DNA from: the human T2T-CHM13v2.0 reference genome, Homo sapiens | Assembly (NCBI RefSeq): GCF_009914755.1 | Contig: NC_060935.1 | Length of the DNA stretch: 64,000 bases | Strand: one strand, 5' to 3' | Part shown: in pieces, positions 23,941 to 36,979 of the stretch | Numbering within the stretch: position 1 is the stretch's first letter | How the letters are laid out: the number at the start of each line of letters is the position of its first letter | Notes under the pieces: generated by a model | The model's database searches: none | Told to the model about the DNA's origin: nothing | Seen by the model: only the letters and a program-made list of their open reading frames with translations | Made by a program: the position numbers and the translations under genes

Positions 23941-24939
23941 AAGGTTCCTCCTCACACTAAAATTCTATGAAGAATGGGGCTCATCTCCTTTGCTATTAAA
24001 AACATTTATTCTCTTACAGCAGCAGAAATCACATTGTGGAAGGTGCCCTTGAATGGTGCTTCTAAACTCCCTTCGGCCCATGCATCACGCAAGGACACCA
24101 AAGGGCTCTGTGGGCCACCCGGCTCACCCACTTTGATTTACCATCTTAGCTCTCAAGAATAAAAGGAATGATGTTGCTTTTAAAAAAATTGAATATCATC
24201 AAAAATGACCTTATTCATTGGTAGAAATAGGGGCCACTTATACGATAGATTTTCAAAGGTGGGGTTGCTGAAAATTTCCCTAAACCTTCTTTTCCCTGTT
24301 CCCTTGACTATGAATGCTTAAAATTCCTTTTAAAACAAGACCTTTTGTTACAAAGTTAAGATTTTAAATAAAAAAGATTTGGGGAAAGTTAACACATTGA
24401 CTAAAATTCACACTAGGATTAAAGCAGAGACAATGCGATGTGCTCAGCATATAATTTCCTCCTCCTGGGTTCACAGGAAGACAGGCATTGCTCAGCCTTC
24501 CTAGGAATTAGGTTCAGGCCTGAGACTTAAAAGAGTCCTGTGTGATCTTTCAGCCCCTCTTCCCTCCCGTCCCTACTCTAGAGGCCACGAGTTCAAAATG
24601 ATAAAGCTAAAAGTTGAAGAGGGCTGCCCGTGCGCCTTGGAATCTGATAGGAATAAGGAATAATGCTTTGTTGTGCTAAGCTGAGATTTTTTGATGTTTA
24701 TTTGTTCCTGCAGCTTTGCCTGGCTTATTCAGACTAATACAAAGATATAACTAACTGATAGCAGTTCCCTTTGTGAGACTAGGTTTGGGTATTAGAGAAG
24801 ATGAGGGAGAAAGTACAGGCTCTTGAACTCAGCTGGGAGGAAATTCAGTTTGGAGAGGAGGCAGGGGTGCCACTAGCTGATTTAGCGACTTTTGTATTAA
24901 TTCAGAAAAGAAATTCGTAGGTTTACAATTCTATATGCT

Positions 24940-26765
24940 GTACATGTGCACTGAAACTGAACAGTTAAGTAAATGGATGGCAGATGGTGGGAGCCAGGCG
25001 TTTCACTGTTGGAGTGGGAGGTTACAGATAAGCAAAAGGAGGGGGCTAGAATGATCCAGATCCACGTGGTAATGAATTAGTGTTGGAGACATCAGTATGA
25101 ACTTATATTTAGCTTAATATAGATATAGATGTTATGTATGGAAATATTTATAGCTATGTATATGTGAGGGCTAATATACACACAGATATTTCCCAGCTAT
25201 ATCTCCTGAGAAAGCCTACTAGCAACAACATTGCAGTAGCAACAAGCACACCTAACAATCCAGAGTTTGGTTTCTGATACCACTCTGTAATAAAAGGAAC
25301 CAGGGCTCCTTGAAGAAATGGCCAATTCTAGCACAGGATCAGGAAATACACAAGATGAACTGGAGCATCTTGTAGTGCCAGAAAATAAGGAAGTGCTCTG
25401 TGCTAGTTTCCTAGAGATGTCATAACAAATAACTACAACTGGGTGGCTAAGAGCAACAGAAATTTATTCTCTCACAGTTCCGGAGAATGCACGTTTAAAA
25501 ATTAAGGTGTCTGCAGAGCCATGCTTCCCCTGAAACCTGGAGGAGAGAATCCTTCCTTGCATTGTCCTGTTTTCTGGTGATTTTTGGTATTCCTTGGCAT
25601 TCCTTGGCTTGTAGATGTGTCCCTACAATCTCTGCCTCTGTGGTGACATGGCCCTCTTCTCTCTGTGTGTCCCTCTTCTCTTCTTATGAGGACACTCACT
25701 GGTCACATTGGATTAAGGGCTTACCTTACTCCAGTATGACTTCATCCTAACTAGTGACACCTGCAATATCCCTGCTTCAAAATAAGGTCATATTCTGTGG
25801 TATTGGGTGTTAGGACTTCAACATATTATATTTGAGGAGGAGGACACAATCCAACACATAACATATTCTCTTCCAAAAAAGCCACACTAATGAGGGTCTG
25901 TCAAAGGGACACAGAAGCCAACTGAAAGAGCTCCCATTGACCAAAGATGGCATGCTTTAGCAACAAAATAGTGTTGGAGGATAATCCAAAGCAAGTCCAT
26001 ACTGATGTAAATAGATGACTGAAGGAATAAATACAGAAATAAATAAATGGAGGAGAATAGATAGACTCCAGTGCAGAATTCCAAATAATTCACGTAGATG
26101 CCTTGCCCTCAAAGAAGTAGAGTATAGCTTCCCGCTCCTTAAGCGTGGGCTGCACATAGTGACTTCCTTCTAAAGAATACAGTGTGAAAGTGAGAGAAAA
26201 AGAGGAGCTTTGCAGTGGAGGAAACTGACCAATACTATTTCAGCCAGGTGAGCAAGGTTGGCAGCAACAGTGATGTGCCATGTTGATAGCACACACCCTT
26301 GATAGGATACGATGGAAACAGCACTTGTCTTTGTGGTCTTCCCCCTCGACCTCAGTGTAATCTTGAAAAGAGCATCAAACAAATCCCCATCGAGGGACAC
26401 TCTGCAAGACACCTGGCCAGTACTCCCCAAAATTGTGAAGGTCATAAAAAACAAACAGAATCTGAGAAGCCGTCACAGCCACGTGGAGGTTAAGGAGACA
26501 AGACTGCTAAATGCAATGTGGTATCCTGGATGAGCCCCTGGGGCAGAAAAAGGATATTATGTAAAAACTAAGGAAATGTAAACGAAGTATGGACTTTAGT
26601 TCATAATAAAGTATCCATACTGGTTCATTAATTATAACAAATGTACCATACTAATGCAAGATGTTAACAATAAAGAAAACTGGGTGTGGGGTATATGGGA
26701 ACCCTCTGTACTATTTTGCAACTTTTATGTATGTCAAATCTAAAACTACTCTCAAGTAAAAAGGT
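24940..26765 (+). mobile_element. L1MC-type LINE 3' UTR, interrupted by an MLT1 LTR
   Basis: aaaggaaccagggctccttgaagaaatggccaattctag...aaatgtaccatactaatgcaagatgttaacaat...gggaccctctgtactattttgcaactttt...aaatctaaaact. Confidence 0.7.
25399..25863 (-). mobile_element. MLT1 (MLT1C-like, ERVL-MaLR) solo LTR
   Basis: tgtgctagtttcct...aacagaaatttattctctcacagttc...ttaggacttcaacatat...ggacacaatccaacacataaca; ~465 bp, nested in L1MC. Confidence 0.85.
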
Positions 26766-26807
26766 TAGCTTTTAAAAGGGCACTGCTAGAATAATAATAA
26801 TAATAAG

Positions 26808-27214
26808 TGAACATAGCCTCATGTTAGGGTACATGACTTGGTTAGAGGCTAGTAGCCTGGGTGTCAGTCTCCACTTACGTCCTCAGTCAGGTGCCCTTGT
26901 GCAGTGAACAACCTGTACAACCTTGGTAGTCCTACAGTCAGACTTACCCTCTATCACCATTTTACTTAGCGCTTATCCTGCACCTGAACATAGTACTAAT
27001 TGGTGCTAGGAATGAACATAGCCTCATGTTAGGGTATCTGACTTGGTTAGAGGCTAGTAGCCTGGGTGTCAGTCTCCGCTTATGTCCTCGGTCGGGTGCC
27101 CTTGTGCAGTGAACAACCTGTACAACCTTGGTAGTCCTACGGTCAGACTTACCCTCTATCACCATTTTACTTAGCGCTTGTCCTGCATCTGAACATAGTA
27201 CTAATTGGTGCTAG
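26808..27214. repeat. 205-bp tandem duplication (2 copies) containing a MER91-like hAT fragment
   Basis: Copies start at 26808 and 27013; 9 differences over 202 aligned nt; each has gtgcccttgtgcagtgaacaacctgtacaacc resembling the MER91 end. Confidence 0.95.
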
Positions 27215-27966
27215 AAATAAAAGCATAGTCAATTACATCATAGATTACAGAGGATCACCTATGACTGTCAAGGAGAAACCCCATGAACATCCATGATCAA
27301 TGAATTCATTGTCAAGAAGCACTTCCTTCCAAGCCCGGAGAGTTACAGCTCTGGTTCCCTACCTGTGTGGAGGTAGAAAAGCCCAGTGTGTTAAGGGGGA
27401 TAGTGTTCTTATGGAGAAAGTGTCCTCAAATCACATTTTGCCTGTGAAGATGAAGTAGGGGAGAATCTTATACTAAACTCTACTGAATCCTCGTGGGGGC
27501 AAGGGAATGTGGCTGGTGCGGGCCGGGAGAGTGATGGAAAGGAGAGGGATTCCTCCAGAGTTTTGTCCTCAGAGAGTTGTTTTTTGTCATTTACACGTGG
27601 CGTGGTGACAGCAAGCCAGGTGTCTCCTTATGGAAATATCTTAATACAGCAGAAACAAGCATTTTGAGTTATGCATGCCAAGTCTGACATTAATTTTCTC
27701 CTTTTCAGCCTTACAAAGAAATGCACCAGTATGTTTCTTCCCAAGACTGGCCCCACCTCCTGCATGGTCAGAGCCTCACTTGTCCCTTCCTTGTCCATCA
27801 CATGCCCTGTGATATGAAGCGTTCCAGGGGAGTGGGAGGGGCTTCTCAAGAAGCCTTCTTTCTAAGGGGCAGGAGAGCCCAGGTGTTACCGTCTGATGCA
27901 ATGTAAGGGTCCTATTGTGTCCCTCCAAAATATAAAACAACACTGCTGATTAAAAAGCCTATAGAA

Positions 27967-28780
<814 letters not shown>

Positions 28781-30274
28781 CTTTTTTTTAAATGTGTTAA
28801 TTCCTGTTTCCTAAAGCAATTAATAGTAGACCAGCATTTCATTTTATTTGTAGAAACACATAATAATGGTCATCAATAATAAAATAACCTTCATAAAAAT
28901 TAATAGCATTAAAATAAACATGGCCTGGAAAAAATAGTGTAATGGTTTCCTAACAGAGACACACTGACTTCCTCCAGGATCACGTCTGGGAAACTTTTTC
29001 TTATCAAAATGACCGAAGTTTTGTCATTTAGGCTAGTTGAGGAAAACAGGCCAACTCTAGGCCTGCATGCTGCTCACAGCCTGGCAGCCCAGTAGCAAAT
29101 GTGCTGCCACCGGGCTCCTTGGGCTGAAACCATGAAGCATGAGCTGGCCTGGTCTGGGCATCTCTGTTGGTCTGCTTGGAGGGCACTCTGGATGAAGCCC
29201 TCATTTGATTTCCTAACAGGGCTGAAGCTACTGGCCAGGCCGTTGGTTGAGATGGAGAGTCTGCAGGAAGGGAGGACAGGGCATAGAGCTGGTCTTTCCT
29301 AATGAGCAGCAGGAGCTGCTATTCCTGCAAGCAGGGGTTGGAAGGGAGAGGCAGTGGCTCTCTTCACACTCCCTTATCTGCAGTTAGAGGAAATCTTAGC
29401 AGATAGAGCAATGGGTTCTGGCTTTTGCCTGCATTAATGGCAAGGAAAGGGCCAGCACAAGGGGCCAGTTATGTGATCGGTAGGAGTGTGGGCTGAACAT
29501 AATGTTAGTTCAGCCAGAGGGCCACTCACAAGAGAGAACACCTGACAGAATGATGAAATGATGGAGCCAATCAACCCCCACACAGATGTATTTTCTCTTC
29601 CCCTATGGCACAAATTTTCAGGACTCTGATTTGCAAGACATGGACCAGAAAAAGACAGCCTGCTTTATGTGTGGGGAGTTTGCACAATTAATAATATAAT
29701 ATTGCAAGGGCCAGCAATTTGATGGTATTTATTATTCACATAATTTAAATCATTGCCAAATGCTAAAAACAATATAGTCCACCCCACCCAAATCAATATA
29801 AACATATCCCAAATACACAGCAGAACTTTCTCCATATTGTTTTTCTTGACAAAGCTGAAGAAGGGAGACCCAACTTTTCATGCAAACTTCTGGCATCTTC
29901 TTTTCATGTTTTTCACTAGAGGAAAAAAGTCTGGTTCTTTTTTCCTGGAAAGATAAATTTTTAATGAATGTAAATGTTCTTTCAATTCCTTGGTTAGATG
30001 GAAGGGATGGTACAGCTTGGACAGCCAGCCTCCGGAATATAATTGACTTGCTTCTTGTTATTTCTTTTCCCTTTCACTACCCAGTGAAGCACAAATGCTC
30101 TCAGCTTGTGCCTTTGTTTCTGAGCTTGTCATACCCTCAGCCAGCAGATACAGGTTGCCTTAGAAGGGAACACTCCTGATGAATTGGCCTCACTGCATTG
30201 TCTTCTAACAATGGAAGCAGGTCTACTCTGACATATCTGCTCTTCACCCTGCTTCTTCTTGGCATTCATTAAGT

Positions 30275-30480
30275 TTGTATTTATCAAATATCTATTATGT
30301 GCCAGGCACTCTTCTATTGAATCCTCACAACTCTATGATGTAGCTTCTATTATCATCATCACCCCCATTTTACAGGCAGGGAAGCTGAAGCACAGAGAGG
30401 TCAAGTCAATTGCCCCAGCTGATCCATGACCAACTTGGTAGCCCGGCTCTGGAGCCCATACTCTTAGCCACGACAATATT
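30275..30480 (-). mobile_element. MIR SINE
   Basis: cccattttacaggcagggaagctgaagcacagagaggtcaagtcaattgccc antisense MIR core. Confidence 0.8.
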
Positions 30481-31349
30481 CCGCCTCCCATAGCATCTAA
30501 AATCTGCTAGACATTGTGTGCAAAAAGAGTGGGTGATGGAGTTGGGCTTGGGACAAATGCACAATCTGGAAGGAAATCGTTTCTAACCATCTCTTTTTCA
30601 TTCCTATGGACGTTGCCTCCCAGGGCTGCTCTCCAAGCCCCAATTCTTTTGCATACATTTGGGCTTCCACTTCCACTTGCTGAGATATGGTTTTTCCCAC
30701 TGTGCTACTCAGACAGGGTATGCAAGTTGCATTTGACATTTCTGCAGGGTCTGTGGCCCTTGGTTTTGAGACTGAGACAGGGCTGTGCTTCTTCCCTTGC
30801 CTCCTCTGTCCATGTTCTAACAGGAGCTCTGCAGAGTGGCAAACACTCCTGTCAAAGAAGTCCAAGGGAACAGTGCAGCCACTTCTCAGGGTATCCACCT
30901 GGAGAGAAGCCTGCAGCATTAAGCTCACCTCTGAGGGCTGCTTTAAGAATGGAAGAAGGACCTATGTTCTGCCAGGCTGTGCTGCAGTTGCTATGTCTTG
31001 GGTTAAAAGTCTGTTTAGCCTCACCAGACCCATCATCACCAGTCCTCCACATTATAGACCACAAAGGCCCTACAATTGCTATCAAAGGAACTGATTGTTT
31101 TGATCTGGAAGCCGTCAGAGTTCAATCTGGAGTCATCCAGGCAGCTGCATGTTGTATTATCCGCATCATAGGGCAAGGAGAGAGAAATAATAGACTCTTC
31201 GGTAGATTTCAGTTCCCAAATCATGACCTCCATGTGTAGAAAATCAGCATTGTAAATAATCATTATTATCAAAGAGTGTCATGTATTAAGCATCTACTGG
31301 AGTGTGAGGCTGGGCACCTAGTCAAACAAATCCCTGTCAAGATTTCTTT

Positions 31350-32600
31350 GACCCAACGGTGGGCTGGGTTGTGCCCTTCCTTCCTGCTCCCATAAATGTC
31401 CTCTGAATAGCTCTGTCACTGCATGCGATGATGCTGTAACACAGGTGTCTGTCTTCCCCATATGACCATGAGCTCTTTAGGGGCATGGACTACTCTTCAT
31501 CACCTTTGCTTCCCCAGTGCCTAGCAGCCCTGGCATACAGTTGGCACGTAATGCAGGTGTGCTAAATGTTCATCTTTTCTTCTTTCTTTCTCCTAAATTT
31601 AGTATTTCTCATGACCAAAGCCAACCCTTGCCACGTGCAGTGCCCCATCTCCTTCGCCTTCTCAAGGACTCCCTCCCTCACTCAGTCCCTCTCCTTCTTG
31701 CATCTGAAGCTCTTTCTTCCTTCCCTGGACCATTCCCACAAAGCAGAAAGTGAGCAAACCCATATTCAATTATCCTTCACTCCTGAAATCTCCCCTGGAC
31801 CTCACACTCTGTTCTGGCTGCCATTCCACTTCTCTGTATCCCCTCCTAGAAAAATTGGAAAAAGTTGTCTGTACACATTGCTTCCACTTCACCTTCTCTC
31901 ATTCACTCTTGAGCCTACTCTTTCTGGTTTTTACTCTCTGGTTCCAAAAAATTGTTTTGCCCTTGTTAAGACCCTTGCCAGTCTCTCAAACTGCCAAATC
32001 TTGAGGTCCCTCTGTCTCCATCTCCCCGGAGTTGTAGGAAGCATTCCACCACAGTGGCCTAGTCCAAACTTCTCCAGATTCATTTCTCTTCAATATGGAG
32101 ACAGGGTACCATGCACTCTGTGGTTTTCTGCCCACACTTTTCTTCCAGCCCCTTCCCAGTCTTCCTGTTAGCTTCTTCCTCTTTTCCACTCCCTAAATAT
32201 GGAATCCCGTCCTTGAACTTTCTCTTTCTGGGCTGTACTCTCTTTCATAATCTCAATTCTGAAAAAATATAGCTGACAATTCCCATATTTATACCTTCAG
32301 CCCAAACCTTTACACTATATCCGACTGCTAACTGGCATGTCTCATAGGACCTCAAAACGACACAGTCCTGAACCTCTTGATGTCTCATTATTCTCCCCAC
32401 ACCACATCCTCTTCTAGTCTTCTCTGTCTTAGTAACTAAAACCTCTGTCTACTTAGTTGCTCAAGCAGGAAACCTGAGTGTCATCCCTAACTCCCCTTAC
32501 CCACTCTATTGGAGTGGTCCTCCCATGACCTACAGATTTGTTCACTTGTTTCTTGTCCTCTTGCCTCTCTTTCCGCAATCTGAGGTCACCGAACATTGCA
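31350..32600 (+). mobile_element. Degraded L2 LINE fragments
   Basis: ccccagtgcctagcagccctggcatacagttggcac (L2 end) and pyrimidine-rich L2 body such as tctgtctacttagttgctcaagcaggaaacctgagtgtcatcc; explains the S/L/F/P-rich ORF at 31566. Confidence 0.55.
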
Positions 32601-32729
32601 CTGGGCTTTAAGCATTCATTGACTGATTAGACGGACTTGGTCCACATGCTCTGTTGGATGAATGGATGGATAAAGACTGGTTGAAGAACAGGAAAGGCCC
32701 AGAGCCTTGGATTCCCAGACAAAAGCATA

Positions 32730-32920
32730 GCCTCCCAGTCTTCATGTCAAGAGGCTCTCCCCTGGTTAGCTTGATGACATTGGTCATCGAAGTTAACCTT
32801 CCTAACACTCAGTTTCTTGATCTATAAAATGGGACCAGTAACACTTAACTCATGAGGTTATTGTAAGGATTCAATAGCATAATACCTAGAATATAGTTAG
32901 TGCTCAATTCATGTTTAATT
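32730..32920 (+). mobile_element. MIR SINE
   Basis: ctcagtttcttgatctataaaatgggaccagtaacac...ttattgtaaggattcaat. Confidence 0.7.
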
Positions 32921-34519
32921 AAAAAAAATACTTGTTAGGCAACCACCCAACCATGTGATCCATTATTTTTTTTCCTATTGTTTTGGCCTGTGTCGCACCA
33001 AGCTTGAGGTGAACGTAAACAACATAACCAGGAATGAGTTCACGAGCAGAGTCATTGCCAGTGAGTCAGAGGAAAGAGTGATTTCCAACCCTAATCGCAG
33101 ACGTGGGAAGAGCCTTGCTGTGCTGGGAGTGACTGGAGCTCGGCTCTGTGGAGCAGCCACATCTGCTTGGGTGGGGGCGCTCTTCCCCCATCTCTGTCCT
33201 GCATCTACCACAAGCTGGGCTTTGCCACTGTCTCCTGTTCCTGATCCCAGGGGGCAAATGACGGATGGAACCGTCATAAACAAGAACAATGCCTATTGTG
33301 CTCTGCTTAGAAATGGCCTGTGTTCTTTTAAAAAATATGAATAAAATAATATACTGAGCAAACTGGGTGGTGTGGAGGATTTGTCGATGAGAATGCAAAT
33401 GAGCATGATGTCACTTCTTAGCTTTGGGAGGAAAAAATGAGTGATCCTTGAAATGGTCTTTTTCTACCGTTAGGACAGGAAGGAAAAACCATCTTTGGTA
33501 ACAAAAGATCAGAAATTGCCTCCTGAGCGCTGCCTGGCTGCTTCAGAAGAAAAGTCTGTGTTTAGGAAACCTCTTATTGAGGAAAGAGTACATTTTGGGG
33601 GGCCTGTACAGGGAATTTAGTGGTATTTGTTGACCTGATGAGATGAGAAATAGTTGAGGTATTAAATCGTAAAGGGAGGGCAGGTGTTATCATAATAGGA
33701 CATTCCAATTCATCGTCCCTGGCCTGGGCTGCATGCAGCCAGCTACCCGCTTCCCAGGCTTCTGCTCACGGGAGCTTCAGCTTGGCCTCAGCTTATGCGG
33801 AGTGAAAGCCCAGCCACTCCTGATGGTGACGGCATTTGCAGAAAATTGTACATATTGTGCAGATCCATCTCCTTTTCTTGCCCTTCTTTCCAAAGAAATG
33901 AATTCACTGGGCACTTATGAAAATAAATGACTGATGGGAGAAGGCTGGAGCCAAGCCTTTTGTAGGCAAAGGGATCTGAGTGCAGTTTCGAAGCCCATAG
34001 CCAGGGGTCAGCCATCCAGGCCACAGGGTCCAGGGGCCCAGATTCCCATGGCCAGGCCAGGTGTGAATGAGTCTGAGCCCAGTGAAAGAGGGAGAGGGAA
34101 CAGAGAGGGATGGCCAGACCTTGCCTTCTTTGATTTCTAGAAGACTTCCTTTGCTTGTAGACACCTTTTAGCAGGTGGAGGGACAGTTGTGGGGCTGTAG
34201 GGGCGGTTTCTCAGAGTGTGAGGTATGGGAATGTGGATGTAGCATTGATTCACACTTGCTGTCTGCTGTGAAAACAGTTTAGAGGGAAGGCGGGGCTGCT
34301 TTCAAAGAAAAACAGGTGAAATTCATTGGTGGTGTGGTTCTCCTCTTCTCTGTATGCCACTTTTCCCCATTTCCTGGTGCCTCTGCCGACCTTCCCAACC
34401 CCAGCCTCCCTTTTGGGGGAGACTTGCTCTTAGCTGGCTAGTAAGGAATCGAGCCAGCAGAATGTTAACGATGGGAGGCAGCGAGATGTAAATAAACCCG
34501 GCTCTGAGGATAGGTGGGC

Positions 34520-34660
34520 CAGGAATCAGATCCTTGTTCTGTCACTCATTAGCTAGCAGACCACTGTGAGTCATTTAACCTCAGTGCTTTCCAATCTGTA
34601 GAATGGACATCATCATGGCCACCTCACAGTGTTGTTGTAAACACAAGATGAAATCATGAG
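34520..34660 (+). mobile_element. MIR fragment
   Basis: gagtcatttaacctcagtgctttccaatctgtagaatggac. Confidence 0.55.
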
Positions 34661-34664
34661 TGGT

Positions 34665-34860
34665 GTTGGCAACGTTGTAGTCATTTAACCCTTCAAACAA
34701 CTTTATGAGATAGGTCCTATTATTACCGTTATTTTTCAGTTGAGAAAATGGTGATGCAGAGAAGTTAAGTAATTTGCCCCAAGTCACACAACTTGCAAGC
34801 AATAGAGCCTAGGCTGAAACCAAGCAGTTTAGTGCCAAAACTCGTGTACGTAACCACTGG
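34665..34860 (-). mobile_element. MIR SINE
   Basis: cagagaagttaagtaatttgccccaagtcacacaacttgcaag antisense MIR core. Confidence 0.8.
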
Positions 34861-34929
34861 ACTCCACTGGACTCTTAAGTTGAATCTTTACCTGTCTAAT
34901 GGCCCAGCAATTCTTCAGGTATAAATCCT

Positions 34930-35430
34930 ATTGCCTCCGTCAGAAAACATATACAAGGCAGCTCACAGCAGCATTGTTTATAACAGAGCCCAGATTGGAT
35001 ACAACTCAATTACCCATTAATAGGAGAATAGATATATAAATTATGTTATATGCACACAATGCGATTAACAATGGTTACAAGTAACAACATGGATAAATCT
35101 TAGACCATGATACGAAGTGGAAAAAGCAAATTGGAAAATGCTATATAAAGTCTTAATCCAGTTTTATAAAGCTCAAGAGCAAGCAGAACTAAACTATACT
35201 GTTTAGGGATATACACGTGTGATAAAGCTACCAATAACAACAGCAAAAAACTAATAAGAAGATGAAAAACAGTGGTTACTTGTGGGGATGGAGAAGGATG
35301 ACACAGGAGTGGGGTGGGCAGGCTCAGGTTCTTCTATTGGGGGGTTCACAGATGGCCATTTCCTTATTAAGCTTACATCTCTGCTGTGTGTATTCCTTTG
35401 GACCTTTCAAATATTACACAATAAAATTAA
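34930..35430 (+). mobile_element. Old L1 (L1ME-like) 3' region
   Basis: cacagcagcattgtttataacag...aacatggataaatctt...aactaaactatactgtttagggatatacac. Confidence 0.6.
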
Positions 35431-35646
35431 AGTGTTCACTATCTCACATGTGTTAACTTTTACCTTTTTAGCTCCCCACCCCCACCCACCTCCAATAATG
35501 TCTTGTAAGGTTTATTGCAAAACAGCAGAGGACAAGATAATGACCTTTTTAGTGAGACAACAGGCCAGGGCATGTAAAAGTCACTGGAAATTCCTTTAGA
35601 CTCTGGAAGAAAGCCACAGTGCACGGGGCTTTCTTGTTGTATTCAC

Positions 35647-35704
35647 TGGGGACCATGGGTCTTATTTTAGTTTTGCTAATGCAATAAGGTTGTAGTGCTG
35701 AACA
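35647..35704 (+). repeat. 58-bp dispersed direct repeat, copy 1 (copy 2 at 38462-38519)
   Basis: Hand alignment: 52/58 identical; shared core tcttattttagttttgctaatgcaataa. Confidence 0.9.
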
Positions 35705-36719
35705 GTGCAGGCAATCTGGGTGGAGTGAGCAGTCAGGCTAGGAAGGGTTACTTTTGTTCCTTCAAACCGCTCTTAGTTCCTTTGGATGTGCATGCTCAGC
35801 TAGAGGTCCAAGGAGTTAGCCAGAGAGTGAAGGAGAAAGAGAGTAGGAGAGACAGATGATAACAGGTGCACCAGCCCAGATGTCACTTGCAGGGAGTTCC
35901 TGCAGAAGGTGCATGGCCACGGCAGATGCTGGGTGGACAACTCAGGTCACTGGCAGTGACTCACACAGAGGAACCAAGGCAAGGAGAGCACAGGTCCTTC
36001 CTAAGAGGGAGCAGTTGAAGGAAGAGGTTGGAATTTGAGAGACTAAACTATTTCACCCAAAATGACTGAGAATTAACTAAGGAAAATGCGTAAATGATTG
36101 CACTGGACCAAGATTACTGGAGTGGACCGGAAGCGTGCTCATGCTCATGAGACACTCAGATAAGGAACAGGCAGAGGTGAAGAACTCGCGTTCCTCTGCA
36201 TGACTGAGCTCCACTGTGAATAAATTTGCAATCCAAATACACATGTTGCTTCTCTTCATTCTCCCCCACTACCTAGATTTTAATAGGCACCTATTGAAAA
36301 TCTGAAAAGTTATATAACGGCCTGAAAGGGTGCATTTCTAATGGTTGAATTTCCAATGCTGGTGATAGACTGAGAGATAATTTGACTAGGGAGAGAGCAG
36401 GGCTGGATTAAAGAATTTAAAGGCTAAAACACTGAAAATATTATAGTATGCTTTCTTACGTTATTTAAAAATACATGTGATTCTAAGACATAAAATAATG
36501 GTAAGGAAGTCCAACAGAATTCAGATATTTCTCATGATGGCTGGGATTAATTTTTAAAATAAAATATTAAGTGTCAAATTTCATTCAAAAGATGTTTAGG
36601 TGTCTTTAGCAGTTACCTTGTCTATCTCCTGGATAATTTAGTACTCATAGATCATGCCAGCCTGGGCCATGGTTCCCTGCACAGTATTTTCTGCTTTCTC
36701 TCTGTGAAGGCTTGTTCAG

Positions 36720-36920
36720 TGGGGTAGACTCAAGAGGACATGGGCTTTTTAGGCAGAAGACCAGATGCCAGCCCCTGCTCTGAGCGCTTCGTATAACCTT
36801 GGGTTTTTCATATAATCATTCTGAGCCTCAGTCTCCTTATCTATAAAATAAGGATAATAAAAGCTCCCTCACAGGGTGGTAACACAGATCACATGAGAGA
36901 ATATAGGGAACATGTCCAAT
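36720..36920 (+). mobile_element. MIR SINE
   Basis: tctgagcctcagtctccttatctataaaataaggataataaaagctccctcacagggtgg. Confidence 0.65.
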
Positions 36921-36979
36921 AATATTGATTTGTATTACAAAAATATTTTAACCTGGGTGTTTTCAGAAAGTTAATTACA

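Noticed and set aside
26808-27214. Possible CRISPR-like or LTR-pair structure
   Set aside because: Only two adjacent 205-bp copies with no spacers or internal element; eukaryotic context
27685-27735. 20-nt + strand microexon-like cassette (ttttcAG|CCTTACAAAGAAATGCACCA|GTATGT) near TGCATG motifs
   Set aside because: Weak exonic donor positions and frame-shifting length; indistinguishable from common pseudo-exons without RNA data
30514-31272. 241-aa + strand ORF and overlapping minus ORF (CLDDSRLNSDGFQIKTISSF...)
   Set aside because: Non-ATG start, no recognisable domain, no convincing splice-site pair; a translated search would be needed to exclude an old pseudogene fragment
31566-32171. 201-aa ORF
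   Set aside because: Lies in pyrimidine-rich degraded L2; biased composition, no homology recognised
36398-36650. Possible hAT-Tip100-like fossil starting cagggctggatta
   Set aside because: Only a faint terminal resemblance; family not assignable by eye
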